A DNA stretch of 64,000 nucleotides from Cyanophora paradoxa CCMP329 (taxonomy: Eukaryota > Plantae > Glaucophyta): the NCBI GenBank assembly GCA_004431415.1, contig QPMI01000283.1:7789-71788 (forward strand), read 5' to 3'. The notes under the pieces are model-generated. The model did not search any database and was not told the DNA's origin. It saw only the letters and a list, made by a program, of their open reading frames with translations. A program made the position numbers and the translations under genes. Shown here one piece after another: positions 23,725 through 36,005 of this stretch (within the stretch, counting starts at the first letter, position 1; each line of letters opens with the position of its first letter).

Positions 23725-24581
23725 GCCCGCCCTCCCCCCCACGCGACCACGCCTCCCAACAGACCAGAACGGTCCCCACGGCCGCGGGCAGTGCCGCGTG
23801 CGCTTGGTCAAATATTGAGGTGGGGTACTCCAAGGCTTATGCTTGCCTACCCCGTTAGGCTTGCCCACCCCGTTTCGCGATCGGTCACGCACAAATTGAA
23901 GGGTCGACGTCTGCTCATCTAGATCTCCCGATCCAGCTCCGAGCTCTTCATGATCACCGAGCGTTAGTGCATGCACGAGAGCCCGGCCCGGATCAATCCG
24001 TTGTGAGAACTCGAAAAATTGAGACTTGGAAGTGAGGAATGCTGCGCGCACGGAATAGACCGTCGGACTTCCGAGTTCCGAAGTTCAACTGTTCCCTTGC
24101 AGCGCCTGATCATCGGATGGTCGACGTCCGACGGTCATCATGATATCGGATTTGTACATGTAGTCGTACGGTATACGCCGTGACGGGCCGGACTCCGGGA
24201 CCAAGTGGTATCAATATCGATGCCCGGCCCGGCGCCGGCGGCCCGCACCAGGGCCCGAGCGGCTAAAAAGCGTGCTAAAGAGCTCAGGCTCCAGGATCCT
24301 GACAGTTGAGTTTTTGCACGTGCAAATTGTTGGCTACAAGCGCCAGTAGCCGTTTCATTCCAGTAGCCGACCAGAGTCAGAGCCCGTGCTTGCAAATTGC
24401 TCTGGGCCGCTGGCGTGCTATTTACGGAAAAGATAGCCGGCGGGAGGGGCGGGGGAGGAGCCAGCGAGAGGGGCAGGAGACAAGGGGACGGGGACGGGGC
24501 GGGGCTAGACCTGGAGGAGGACACGGATGCTGCTGGAGGCGGCCCCCGGGGAGGCGAGCATCGGCGGCATCCCCCCGACGC

Positions 24582-27500
24582 TCAGCGAGAGCGACGCCCC
24601 CGCCCCGCCCCGGACCCCGCCCCCGCCGTCCGCGTCGTCGCCCCCTGCAGCGACGCGCTCGCCGCCGACCGCACGCTCCCGTGCTCGCTCCCCGAGCCGC
24701 CCTCCGGCGCCGCCGCGAAGCGCAGGAGGCCGCCCGGGCCGAAGGAGGCGGCCGTGAGGGAGACGGAGAAGGCCCGCACACTGCTCCGCCGCCGGTTCGA
24801 GGGGAACTGGAGGAGCGGGGGCGGGCGGGCCTCGCGCGCGTGCTGCACCAGCGCCGCCCGCCGCTGCCGGGCCCGCCACGCGCGGAAGACCGCCTGGATC
24901 CGCGTCGCCGCCCGCTGCTGCCGCTTCTTCGGCTGCGCCGGCGTCGGACCCGCCCGCAACCGCGGGGCCGGCCCCGGGGCGCACCTTGGGGGGCGGGGGC
25001 TGGGCGGGGCCGGGCGGGGCGGGGGCGGGGTCGCGTGGCGGGGAGCGGGAGGCGGCGCGGAGCTGGGCGATGCGCTGGAAGGCCTTGGCGCGGACCTCGG
25101 CCGGCCGCTCCCCGACGAGGGCGCGGCGGGCCTGCAGCACGTGGCCGCCGACAGTGCTCGCCTCGTCGCGGCAGTGGCGCTGGTAGCCGGCGGCGCTGGC
25201 CATGTACCAGGCGACGACGGGCGAGGCGACCATCTCCTCGTGCAGCGCCGCGCGGCCCCCGGCGACGCGCTCCGCGACCGCGACCGCGAGCGCGAGCCGG
25301 CGCCCGGCGAGGGCGAGCGCGAGCCGCCGCCGCCCTCCCGCAGCAGCGCCCCCGCCAGCGCCCCCGCCCCCGTCGTCCCGGGCGCCGTCCGCGGCCGCCT
25401 CGCCGCCCCGCCGCCGCCGGTGCCGGCGGGGGCGGGCCGGGGGCGGGGGCGCGGGAGCGGGGCCGCGGGACGCCTGTGGAGGTGGAGGGACGGCTGGCGG
25501 GGCGCCCCGCAGAGCGCGCCGCCTCCTGCACCGCCGCCACGAACGTCGTCGCCAGCCTGCCGCCGCTCAGTCGCGCGGAAGCGCAGCTGGCGCGCCGATG
25601 GAGACGCGGGCGGCCGGGCGCACTGGGGCTGCCGGCGGGCGGCGCGGCCGGCGGAGTGGAGGCCGGCGTCGGCGGCGGCGGTGGCGAAGCGGCGCTGGAG
25701 CTCGGCGACGGTCTCCCGCAGCGTCCACGCGCTCGACTTGCGCCGCGCGAAGCGCACCCGCCCCGCCTCCTGCCCCGCCCGCTCGCCATCGCGCGCCCCG
25801 GGGCGGGGCGGGGCGGGGCGGGCACCTTGGGGTCGGAGGGGACGGGGAGGGGGGACGCCACGCCGCCTCCCCGGGGGGCGCCTCGGGGGCGGGGGCGGCC
25901 TCCTCGGGCTCCTCGCGGGGCCCTGGGGCGGTCGGGGCGGGGCCGGGGCGGGGCGTGGCGGGCGGCGTCCTCGTCGAGCCAGTCGAGGGCCTGCAGGATG
26001 TCCCGGTGAGCCGGCCCCGCCCCGCCTCCCCCTCCCCTCGCTCCCGCTGCTCGAGCCCTCGCCGCGGGGCCCCGGCCTCCGCCCGGCGCCGGGGGAACGG
26101 GTCCTCCTCGGCCCCGCCCCCGCGGATGGCGCCGCGGGGGCGGTGGCGGCGCGGGCGGCGCGGGGCGGCTGGGGACCGGGGCGGCCCGTAGTGGAGGGTG
26201 ACGCGGGCGCCCTGCGGGAGGACGGGGCCGGGGAGGACCCGCAGCGGCACAGGGCCCGAGCTCGCCCGCCGCAGCCCCGTCCCCGCCACCGTGTGCGGCC
26301 GCTCCCCGGCTGACCCCGCTCCCGCCGCCACCGCCGGGGACGGCACCGTCGCCGGCCGCTCGGGCGGGGGCGGGGGCGCCGGGGTGGCCCCCAGCGAGGG
26401 GCTCGCGGGTGCGAGGGCGGCTCGGAGAAGGGGGCTGCATGGCGTGGAGGCGCTGGCGGGGCCCTGCGCGGGGCTCGAGCTTGGGCGGAGAGAGGGCTTG
26501 CGGGGCTTCTGGGCGGGGCTGTGGGGCGCGCCGGGGGACGAGGGGGTGGAGGAGGCGAGGGCGCGCCCCGGGAGGGACATGCGGGGCACGATGGCGGGGC
26601 GGGGCGGGTTGGAGGGGGGCACGGGCAGCGAGGCGCGCCGGTTGGGCAGCGCCGGCTCGGAGGCGGACGAGAAGAGGGCGGGGCTGGCCGGCTCCGAGGC
26701 GGTGGCGGTGTGCGTGGGGGCGCTGCCCGCCGGGGAGGGGGCCCGCTGGAGCCCTCGGGGGGGCGTCGGGCCCCGCGAAGCGCAGGCTGCGGGGGTGGCC
26801 CTCGCGGGAGGGCCGCGGCGCCCCCAGCGGCTCCGGCGACGACGCCTCCTCGCCCCAGCTCGACCGCCGCGACTGCGCCTGGCTCGCCGCCGCCCCGACG
26901 CTCCCCTTCCGGCCCCGCTCCCCCCGCTCCCCCTTCTCGCTCCGCGCCGTCCTCACCCCCGCCGCCTCGCTGCGTGCCGTCTTGTCGCCGCGGGTGCGCG
27001 CCGTCTTGTCGCCGCGGGCGGTGGCGCGGTGCGTCTTCTCGCCGCGGTTGAGGCGCTCGCGCTCCTCGAGGAGGGCGGCGGCGGCGGCGGCGGCGGCCAC
27101 CTCGGCCTGCAGGTGCGCCTCGGTCTCGTGGCTGCGCTTCTCGGCCTCGGCGGCGTGGGCGACGGCGAGCTGGGCGGCCTGCGCGAGCCCGAGGGCCTCG
27201 AAGAAGCCGGCCCGGCGGCGGCGGTCTTGACCTGCGTGAAGAGCCCGCGTCCCGCACCGCCGCCGCCCGCTGCTCCGCCGCCGCCGCCACCGCCTCCCGC
27301 AGCCGCTCGTCCGCCACCGCCCGGTCGTACGCCATCCGGATCTCCCGCTGCAGCACTGCCCCCGCCCGCGTCGGCGCGGGGCGGGCGGGGCGGGGCGGGG
27401 CGGGGGGCGGGACCCTCGGTGGAGACGCGGCGGCGGCGGCGGGACTCGAGGAGGCGGACGGCGCGGCGGAGGAAGGCGTCGGCGCGCCCCGAGCCGATCG

Positions 27501-28612
27501 CCACGCTCATGTCGTCCAGGCCCTCGATCACGGGCGGCGGCGCCGGCATCGTCCGCAGCGCCGCCCCGGGCGCCGGGCTCCCCAAGGCCGGGCCCCGCAG
27601 GCTCTTCGAGTTCTTGCTGCGGCGGCCCCACTGCGCCTTCGAGCTCGCCCCCGCCTTGAGCGCCACATCCGTCGCCGAGCGCCGCAGCTGCCGCACCGCC
27701 CGTGCGGGGGCCCCGGTCGCGCTCTCGTGGGGCGGAGCCGGGGCCGCCGGCGCCTCGGGTTCGCCCAGAGGCTCCACGGGCTCCCCTATGAAGAGCATGC
27801 GGGAGACGCCGATCTGGCGGTGGATGTTGTGCGACGAGAGCTTCGTCTGCCCCAGCAGCAGCCGCACGTAGCGCGTGTTCCGGCCCCCCATCTGCCGCTC
27901 CCGCTCGCCCCGCCCTGCGTGGCGCGGCAGCGGGCGGGGCGGGGCGCACCGGCGTCTTGAATATGACAGTGGAGCCGTCGTAGTTGCTGGGGAGGAGCGT
28001 GCCGATGAAGACGTAGCGGGAGGCCGAGTACGTGGCGCGCTGCTTGTCCAGCCACGGGTCCGACAGCACCGCCGAGCAGAAGACCTGCAGCTTCTGCTCG
28101 CCCGCGCGGTCAGCCGGCGGCGGCGACCCGGTCCCCCGCTACCGCGCCGCGGCCTGACCTCGGGCGCCCGACTCGCGGGGCAGTGAAGCTCCAGCCACTC
28201 CAGCGACACCACGCCCTCGAATCTGATCCCAAGCTCTTGCGGTGTCTTGGGATGTCTGCAGCGGGGGCTGAGAGGAAGCGCGCCCAAGAGGGGCAGCGCA
28301 GGCACCGCTCCGAGCGCCAGCCTCGCAAAACCGAGAAGCCGCCGACATTCGCCTCGAGATCTGCGGGCAAGTCAGCTCCGCGCTCGGGTGCAAGGCTGCA
28401 CAATTAGCTAGCGCAGCACGGCAGCTGAGCACAGCAACAGCTTAGCGGGCAGCTATTCGAGTGAGCGGGGAACGTGTGCAAGAACAGCTAAGCGGGCAGC
28501 TATCTAGTGAGAGCGGGTGACAGCAGATCTAGACCGGACCTTTGGCTCGGAAGGCAAGGTCCTCCGAGGACGCGTATATTGCATGAAAGGCGAGCTCTTC
28601 CCGCTCCACCAT
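24582..28612 (-). CDS. Protein with CEP104-N-terminal-like jelly-roll domain, long low-complexity/coiled region and C-terminal IQ motif (3' end approximate)
   Basis: Spliced N-terminus MVEREELAFHAIYASSEDLAFRAK|DLE...GWRSER|HPKTPQELGIRF...KLQVF...YVRLLL...NIHRQIGVSRMLFIGEP resembles my recollection of the CEP104 N-domain; IQ motif AATRIQAVFRAWRARQR near 24870-24915. Confidence 0.6.
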
Positions 28613-28780
28613 CGATCGTCACTGCGGCAGCTGGGTGGCCAAAGCGGTCCACCAGATTTACGGTAGCCCCGGACCGTCGAAGAGCGTCGGACTAGCGAAG
28701 CATGGAGCGATGCGACGCGCCGTGGGACCGTCGTAGATAAGCCTGTGAACTCTCTGGGAGCGTCTTAGCTACGCCTGCGA

Positions 28781-29638
28781 ATGGCCGAGGAAGACGACTT
28801 GGACGGCATCGACCCGGACGATCCCCTGCACGCCTCGACGCCGGCTGCAGGCAAGAAGAAACACATCGGACACGGTGAGGACCCGTTGTGCGGGCCGCCC
28901 TTCGCGCCCTCCGCTTCCGGACCGCGCTATATGCGCGCTGTGTCACATCGGGGCGCTGAGGCGACCGTATATGCATGCTGGACCCGCTACGCTGGCCGTC
29001 CTTCGCGCCCTAAGCTCACGCGCTGCGCAGACTGGGGTGCAGGCTATGTGGCTCCCTGGTGGGCCACATCGGTAAGCGTCGTTGCAGCCGTGAACGACGA
29101 GCTGCGACTGGTGGCCGAAGACGTTGTCGTCGATCTCGGATCTGGTGACGGGCGTGTCGTGATACAGGCCGCCCGCGCGGCCGGTTGTCGCGCAGAGGGG
29201 ATCGAGCTCGACGCCGGTCTCGTCGGTCGGGCGAGAGCGGAGGCTGTCGCGGCCGGAGTGGACCATCTAGTTGCCTTCAGACAACTGGACTTCATGTCGG
29301 ACGACTTCTCCATGTCGGACTACACCGTGATCTTCGTATACCTGCTCCCCGAGACGCTGCGCAAGCTGGCCCCACGCTTCCGCTCCCTTCTGGAGAGCCC
29401 GAGTCGCTTGCGAGCCGTCGTCTCGAGCAGGTGGCCCATTGGCGGCCTGGAGGACTTCCTCTCCCCATGCCGCGCGTGTTCGGAGGAGGCAGCGCCGGTG
29501 CAGCTGCAGCTGCCACAAAGCAGCCCCACACCGCGGCGCAGCTGCGAGCAGTTACGGCAGCGAATGGAGGCGCTCGAGAGGGCGTGGGGCGCGAAAGGCT
29601 TCTACCTGTACCAGTGCCCCGTCAATTTGAGGCCTTGA
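28781..29638 (+). CDS. Class I SAM-dependent methyltransferase, FAM173-like
   Basis: YVAPWWATS, DVVVDLGSGDGRVVIQAA, GIELD, DF...TVIFVYLLP. May contain one in-frame intron in the 5' part. Confidence 0.8.
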   Translation: MAEEDDLDGIDPDDPLHASTPAAGKKKHIGHGEDPLCGPPFAPSASGPRYMRAVSHRGAEATVYACWTRYAGRPSRPKLTRCADWGAGYVAPWWATSVSVVAAVNDELRLVAEDVVVDLGSGDGRVVIQAARAAGCRAEGIELDAGLVGRARAEAVAAGVDHLVAFRQLDFMSDDFSMSDYTVIFVYLLPETLRKLAPRFRSLLESPSRLRAVVSSRWPIGGLEDFLSPCRACSEEAAPVQLQLPQSSPTPRRSCEQLRQRMEALERAWGAKGFYLYQCPVNLRP

Positions 29639-30219
29639 TCGTGAATTGCCACCCTGCATGCGCTGCTGCATGCACGGGCCAGGGCTAGCGCGCGCTGCAG
29701 CTGGGGCTGCGCGCGCGTGCACAGTGCATGCACGCAGGTGCGTATGCGCATGCACGTGGCTGGCGCCCGCTCTCCGAGGTGTGACTGCAGCTCAGCGGCT
29801 GGCCGGCTGCCCGCATGCTGCGCGCGGCAGTCCGGCGCCGGCGCGGTCCCTCGAGTTCCGCCGGGACGACGATCGATATCGATATCCTGTGATGGATATC
29901 ATAGTATGCAATCCTGTGATGGCTTAAGCTTAGCGCGCCCACGCGAATTTGATCTGCACGCATGAGCCCCCGTGCTCGGCTCCCGGATGCTCCAATTTTG
30001 AGCGCTCCGCCGAAAACGGTCTTGCGGCGCGCCCGAGCGCATCTTTGGTTCTCTAAGAGCGCTCTCCCAGCGTTTTCGGCGGTTTAGCAGTGTCGCGCAA
30101 CCGGCGGGCAACGGTCCCAAATCAGCGGAGAGCGGGCGGGCGCAGGCGGGTCGAACCGCATTGATCCTGTAAAGGCGAGTAGCCGTTGCATCTGCAGTGG
30201 AGTCCGCGCAGAGCTTCCC

Positions 30220-32222
30220 ATGCGTCCGTACACAAGCCCCGATTTCGAGGCTATCGTGAGCGAGAGCAGGCGTCGCAGCGAAGCGAAGACAGCGGTTGCG
30301 AACTTGGGTTTCGGCGGCTCAGTCGCAGCTGCGCTCCTCCTGTTCGGTGGCGTCGCAATCGCTGCTGCGGGTCTCGGTCTGTGGGCCGTCGCATCGACCT
30401 TCAAGCTCTGGGTCTCGCTTGGGGTAGTTGTGCTCGTCTACCGCCTCGTGACCCGTGCAAGCCAGCCCATCAGCGCGCCCTTGAGCATCACGAAGGAGGC
30501 TGTCAAGCTCTTCGGCATCCCTTCGACGACACCAAAGGTGCGCGGTCCACACGTCCACGCGCGCAACCGGCCCCCTCACGCGCAGCGACAGGACAAGATC
30601 GGGAGCCCGGCGCCCGCGCAGACGACGGGCCCGATCTCCCCGGCGGTGCGCTCCAAGCTGGCGGGCCCGAAGACCTCGACCCCGACGGTGCCGAAGTCGG
30701 CGCCGGCGACGCCGATGACGCCCGCCCAGCGCCGCACGTCCTCCCCGGGGCGCCGCTCAGCCCCGCGCGACCGGATCAACGACGAGTCGGCGTTGAGCCG
30801 CTTCCTGGGCTCCATCGCGTGGAGGTCGCCATCCACGCCGGCCGCCGCCGCCGCCGCCGCCGCCGCATCGCCGCTCTCCGGCGCGGCGCGGCCCCTGGGC
30901 TCCCCCGCGTACGGCTACGCCGGCAGCCCGCTGGGCTCGCCGCACGCCGGCTCCTCGGTGTACCGCGCGGCGCCGCCAGCGTCGCCGTCGCCGGCGGGGA
31001 AGGCGTGGGCGGCGAGCGGTGAGGGGGAGAAGGCGGCGTCGCTGGTGGAGAAGGGCGGCCTGGAGGAGCTGGGGATCGGGTCGGAGGCGGTGGACCGCCT
31101 GCGGCACTTCCTCTGCGCCCGCATCATCAAGCTCTTCGTCCAGACCTACGACGCCAACGCCGCCGCCCTCCAGCGCGCCGCCGCCGCCGCCCCGGCGGCC
31201 CCGGCCCCGTTCTCCGCCGCCAACCCCTTCGGCGCCGGCTTCGCGACGCCGGCCCCGCGGCCGACGCCGGCCATCGCCGGCCCCGGCGCTTCGGCCATCC
31301 TCGCTGCCGCCCAGGCGAGCGCCCCGGCTCCGGCTCCGGCGGCGGCGGCGGCGAAGGCGGGGTGCACGGCGGGGGAGTACCTGGCGCGGTACCCCGCGGA
31401 CCCCGTCGTGCAGGAGCACGCCCGCCTCCAGCGCTACCTCACCGTCCGCCCCGCCCCCGCCCGCCCCGACCCCCCGCCACCCCGGGGCGAGTCTCTCGCG
31501 CAGGTGCCCGGGCGGGCGCCGCAGCCGGAGTACGTGCTCCACCGCCTCCGCGAGTTCGCGCAGGACTCCTCCTCCTGCCTCTACAGGCCCGCCCCCGCCG
31601 CCCCCGCCGCCCCCGACGCCGCTCACGCCGGGGGCGCGCAGCTACCGGTGGAGCAGCGGGACGATGTGGAAGAGCCGCATGTGGTCCCCCGAGCTCCCCA
31701 CGGGTGCGACCGCGCCGCGCTCCGCCCGGGTGCGCGGGGGCGGGGGCGACGGGGGCGGGCAGACGCGGAGGTGCTGCTGGCGGTGCTCTGCGCCGCCCTC
31801 GACCTCAGCTACGAGGGCCGCGGCCTCCCAGTCCGCCCCCCGGCCCCGCCCCTGCCCCTGCCCCCCGCCCCTCACCGCCCCCAGGCCGGCGACGCGAACT
31901 TCTCCGCCCGGCACGTCGCCTGGGCGGGCGAGGACCCCGCCAAGAAGCGCTCCCCCATCGTCCTCACCATGGTCCGCGCGCGCGCCCGCGCCCCCGCCCC
32001 TCCGCGCTGCGCGAGCGCGTGCGAGGGGGCGGGCAGACGACGGCGCACCCGCCGCACTTCCGGGTGGTGGCGTACCAGGAGGTGTACAACCCGGACGCGG
32101 GGCGGGCCAACTTCTTCGAGGCCTTCCTCATCCTCCTGCACCTCCTCAAGAGCAAGTTCCCCGCCCAGCTCGGGCCCCTCGCCGCCGTCGACCAGTCCCT
32201 CGGCCTCCTCAACGTCCTCTAA
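30220..32222 (+). CDS. TMEM209: TMEM209-like nuclear envelope protein (multi-exon)
   Basis: Two N-terminal TM segments, S/P/T-rich middle, C-terminal blocks EYVLHRLREFA, YRWSSG...WSPELPTDAEVL, PPHFRVV and GRANFFEAFLILLHLLK. Confidence 0.8.
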
Positions 32223-32353
32223 ACCCCCGCCCCGCCCCGCCCCATCCTCGTCCCGCCCCGCCCCGCCTCCGCCCCGCCCCGCCCTTCCCGTGCCGGTGAA
32301 AAGCAAAGCAGCCTCTTCGAAGAGCGAGGGGCGGGGCGCGGGGCCGGCGAGGG

Positions 32354-33757
32354 TCACCGGGCCGACTCGTAGTGCTGCTCGATGTAGCGGCGCACCTCCT
32401 CGGGCTTCCCCTGCGAGGCGCGTCGGCGGGGGCCCCGGGGCGGGGCGGGGCGGGGCGGACGGCGACGGCGATTTTGCCCTTCTCGAGGAGGATGGCGCCG
32501 TCGCAGTTCTCGAGCTCCTCGAAGTAGTGGGTGATCCAGAGGGCGGCGATGCCGGTCTGCTGGGCGATGCGGCGGACGTGCTGGGCGAGGCTGCGGCGCT
32601 GCGGCGGGTCCAGGAAGGCCGTCGGCTCGTCCAGCAGCAGCGTGTTGCACTTCCGCGCCACCGCCCCCGCGATCGCCACCCGCTGCTTCTGCCCGCCACT
32701 GCCCGCAGCGTCATCGCCGGGGCGGGGCGGGGCGGGGCGCGGGGGCGGCGGGGCGGGCCTGAGGGTGTAGACGGGGCGGCTCTCGAACTCGGGGAGGCCG
32801 ACGAGGTCGAGGGCCTCCCGCACGATCGTCTTCACCTGCCGCCCGCATCGGGCCGGGCGCGCGGCGGCGGCAGCGGCGGCGGCGCGGACCTCGGCGGTGT
32901 CGTAGCCGGCGTTGCCAAGCCCGAAGGCGACGTCCGAGCCGACCGTCGGCATGAAGACCTGCCGCCCGCCCCCTCGCGCCGGCCCCCCACTGCCCCGCCC
33001 CGCGCCCGCGCGCGGCGCCGCACCTGGTGGTCGGGGTTCTGGTGCACGAAGCCGACGGGCGCGCGGATGCGGATCGAGCCACGGTCCGGGCGGACGAGGC
33101 CGAGGAGCAGCTGGAGCATCGTCGACTTCCCGCTACCGTTGGCGCCCAGCAGCATCCAGACCTTCGCGGGCGGCGCTCGTCGGATCGCAGGCCGAGCTTC
33201 GAGGGCGGCAGCGCCGCCGCGCACCTGGCCACGCGGGATCTCGAGGGAGGTGCCCTGAAGGACGAAGCGGAGAGGCTGGCCGTCGGGGCCTACAGTCGCC
33301 TCCGACACAGCCTTGTCGGCCACCTGCTTGCGGTTCATGGTCGAGGCGCTGGCCGCCTTGAGCATCTGCGCGTGCCGCTCCCAGCTGAACCACACGTTCG
33401 ACACGGAGATAGCTGCCTCGTTCGACTGGCTGCCGCTCGCGGATGCCTCATCGATGACCGCCTGGCGCCCCAGGAGCACGCGGTCGGCGCCCAGCGCGCC
33501 GCAACTCGGCCGGCTACCCGCACCTGGCCATCCTCGCACACGGGACCCTGCCACCTGACACGACGATGTTGGCGCACAGCAGTGCTCTGGAAGGACGTCG
33601 CGACCGGAGCCGCGCCCCAGAAGGTCGACTGGAAGGTGCGGGAGAGGCGATCCGCGGCAGCGGCGTCGGGGCGACGGCACACTGACGAGCTAGCACGCGC
33701 TGGTGCCCGGGCGGACGCCGGGGCAGCCGTAAGCCCGACAGCGAACGCGGCCGACAT
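32354..33757 (-). CDS. ECF/CbiO-type ABC ATPase (plant ABCI10-like) with putative plastid transit peptide
   Basis: Walker A LLGANGSGKST, Q-loop GFVHQNPDHQ, signature LSGGQKQRVAIAG, Walker B LLLDEPTAFLD, H-loop LWITH; N-terminal Ala/Ser/Arg-rich extension starting MSAAF. Confidence 0.88.
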
Positions 33758-33976
33758 CCTTGCGTTTCGGGGGGTAGGGCCTCAGTTCGAGCCCCACGCG
33801 GCGCCCCTCTCCGGTGCGCTGGCAGCGGAATACAGCTCTTTGTCCGTTCGGAAGCACTCGATCATGCGCTCATGCCTCTCGCAGGGGCCTTCTAGGCTGG
33901 GCGAGCCGCCCTTCACTGCTTCCGTCGCTGCCACGCACGACACCGACCTACACCTCCGACTACATCACATCAACTG

Positions 33977-35795
33977 ATGACTACCAACATGTCGGAGCCC
34001 GTGCGGACTCAGGCACAGACCGGAAATTCGAAGCGTGAAGGCAGGTCTGACAGGATGAGACCTGAGGTTCGCGCGTTTGGCTGTTTGCAGCAATAGCGGG
34101 GTGGTATGCGTCTGGCTGTGTGGCATAGCGCACCTGCGCAAGATGCGCGGCCGCGCCTCTCACCAACGCTCCATCGGACGGCACCTCGCCTAAGCGCAGT
34201 TGCTAGGCGCAAATCACTTTAATTGCGCGGACAATTTCTCTAGCGCCTGGCCGCTCAGCGCGGCTTTCCGCTCACACAACCGCCGCGCATTCAGGCCAAG
34301 CCCTTCCAACCGCGGGGGTCCCCGCTGCCGCCCCCGGAGCCTCTCTCTCCCGAGCAGCTCGACTCCCTCTGCCGGCAGGCAAGTGCAGGATGTGTAGGGG
34401 GCGGGCCCCTCGCCCACTCCCCGGGCGCGCTGGGGTTTCGTGCCTCCGCATCTCGAGCATGCGCCCCTCGCCTGACTCGCGCGAATCAAGGTCGCCTACT
34501 ACTTCTCGGACGCCAACCTCACTTGCGACCAGTTCATGCAGAAGCAGCTCGCCAGAAACCCGGATGGATGTGCGTTCCGCCCAGCTGACGGCGTGCGGGG
34601 CAAGGCTCCGGCAGCCATCTGACTGCCGTGCGCCTCGGCAGACGTCCCCCTCTCGGTGCTGATGACGTTCAACCGGGTCAAGGCGATGATCCCGTCCCTG
34701 GACATGACCATCCTCCGCGACGCCCTGCTGCACAGCACCGCGCTCGTGGTCCGGCCCCGCCCCCGCCCCCGCCGCGCTTCGCTGCTGGGGAGCCCCCTCG
34801 CCCCCCTGCGGCTGGGCGCCCGCCCCCGCGACCGGGCGCCCGCCCGCTGCGGCTGACGGGCATGGGCAGATGAACGAGGAGGGGACGGCGGTGCGGCGGC
34901 TGCGGCCGTGGCAGGGAAAGGACCACATCCAGCGGACGATCTACGTGGAGAACCTGCCGCTGGGCACCACCAACGACGCCCTCGTGAACGCCTTCTCCCG
35001 CTGGGGTCCCGTCGAGAGGTCCCCGCCCCCGCGCCCCGCGCGCCCCGCCCCGCCCTGCGCGCGCCGTGCCGACGGGGAGGCGGGGGCAGCGTGAACATGA
35101 ACGTCAAAGGCCAGTTCTGCTTCGTGATGTACGACGAGGAGGCCTCGGCGGCCGCCTGCCTCGACGGCTGGGCCGCCGCCCCCGCCATCGACGCCGTCTC
35201 CATCCTCTCCAAGGCCGGTGCGCCCGCCGCCCTCCCCCCGGCCCTCGGCCCCGCCCCCTGCCCCGCGCGGGGGCCGACGGGGCGGCAGAGTGGTACAAGC
35301 GGAAGAAGGAGCGGCAGGCGCGGGGCGAGTACCCGCCGCCCGTGTCGGCGCAGGAGGCCTACGCGGAGGCGGGGGCGCAGAAGAAGCGCCAGCCGCGCCG
35401 CAGCGGCCCCAGGGACGCCGCCGCCGAGGGCGCGGGGACCCCCACGCGGGGCTCCCCGGCGCCCCCGGCGGACGCCGCCAACTCCCCCGCCCCGAGGGCG
35501 GGAGGGCGACGCCGGCGAGCCCGGCGAGGACAAGCCGCGCCGCAAGAAGGTCCGCCCCGCCCCGCCCGGGGCGCCCGGCGCGTCGCCCCCGGCGCTGAGG
35601 GCGGGGCGGGCGCAGGTGAGCGTCAACGCGACGCGGCCGTCGGGGGAGAAGGCGTCGAGCCACCCCGGCGGCGTCAAGATGCCGAACGGGCCCGACGGCT
35701 CCAAGGGCTTCGCCTTCCCCCGCCCCGCCGCCCTCCGCGCCCTCGGCCTCCAGGGCCCCGCCGACGCCCCCGCCCCGGAGGCCCCCGCCCAGTAG
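33977..35795 (+). CDS. LARP6: La-related RNA-binding protein, LARP6-like (La motif + RRM + C-terminal LSA/SUZ-C motif)
   Basis: RQ|VAYYFSDANLTCDQFM, VPLSVLMTFNRVK, RRM RTIYVENLP...FCFVMY, C-terminal MPNGPDGSKGF. Start at 33977 or 33989. Confidence 0.75.
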
Positions 35796-36005
35796 CCCGC
35801 CGGCCGGCGCGCCTACTGTACCCACGACACTCTACAATGCAAACCGCGCGCAATGCGCTAGCCCGCCCCGCCCCGCAGCCGGCACCCTCGCACCAGACTG
35901 CGCGAACGCGAAGTTCTAGAAAATAGGCTGTCGATAGAAGAGAGCAGGGGCGGGGCGCGTGGGGCCCCTCCCCTCGGGGCCGCCGGCCGGCGGGTGGGCG
36001 GGGCT

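Noticed and set aside
24422-28069. Very long Arg/Pro/Gly/Ala-rich ORFs (e.g. 1215 aa here, 1006 aa at 41665-44685, 1012 aa at 30220-33258) and apparent overlapping antisense genes
   Set aside because: Stop codons are rare at this GC content; these frames read through introns or shadow real genes and show no domain signal of their own.
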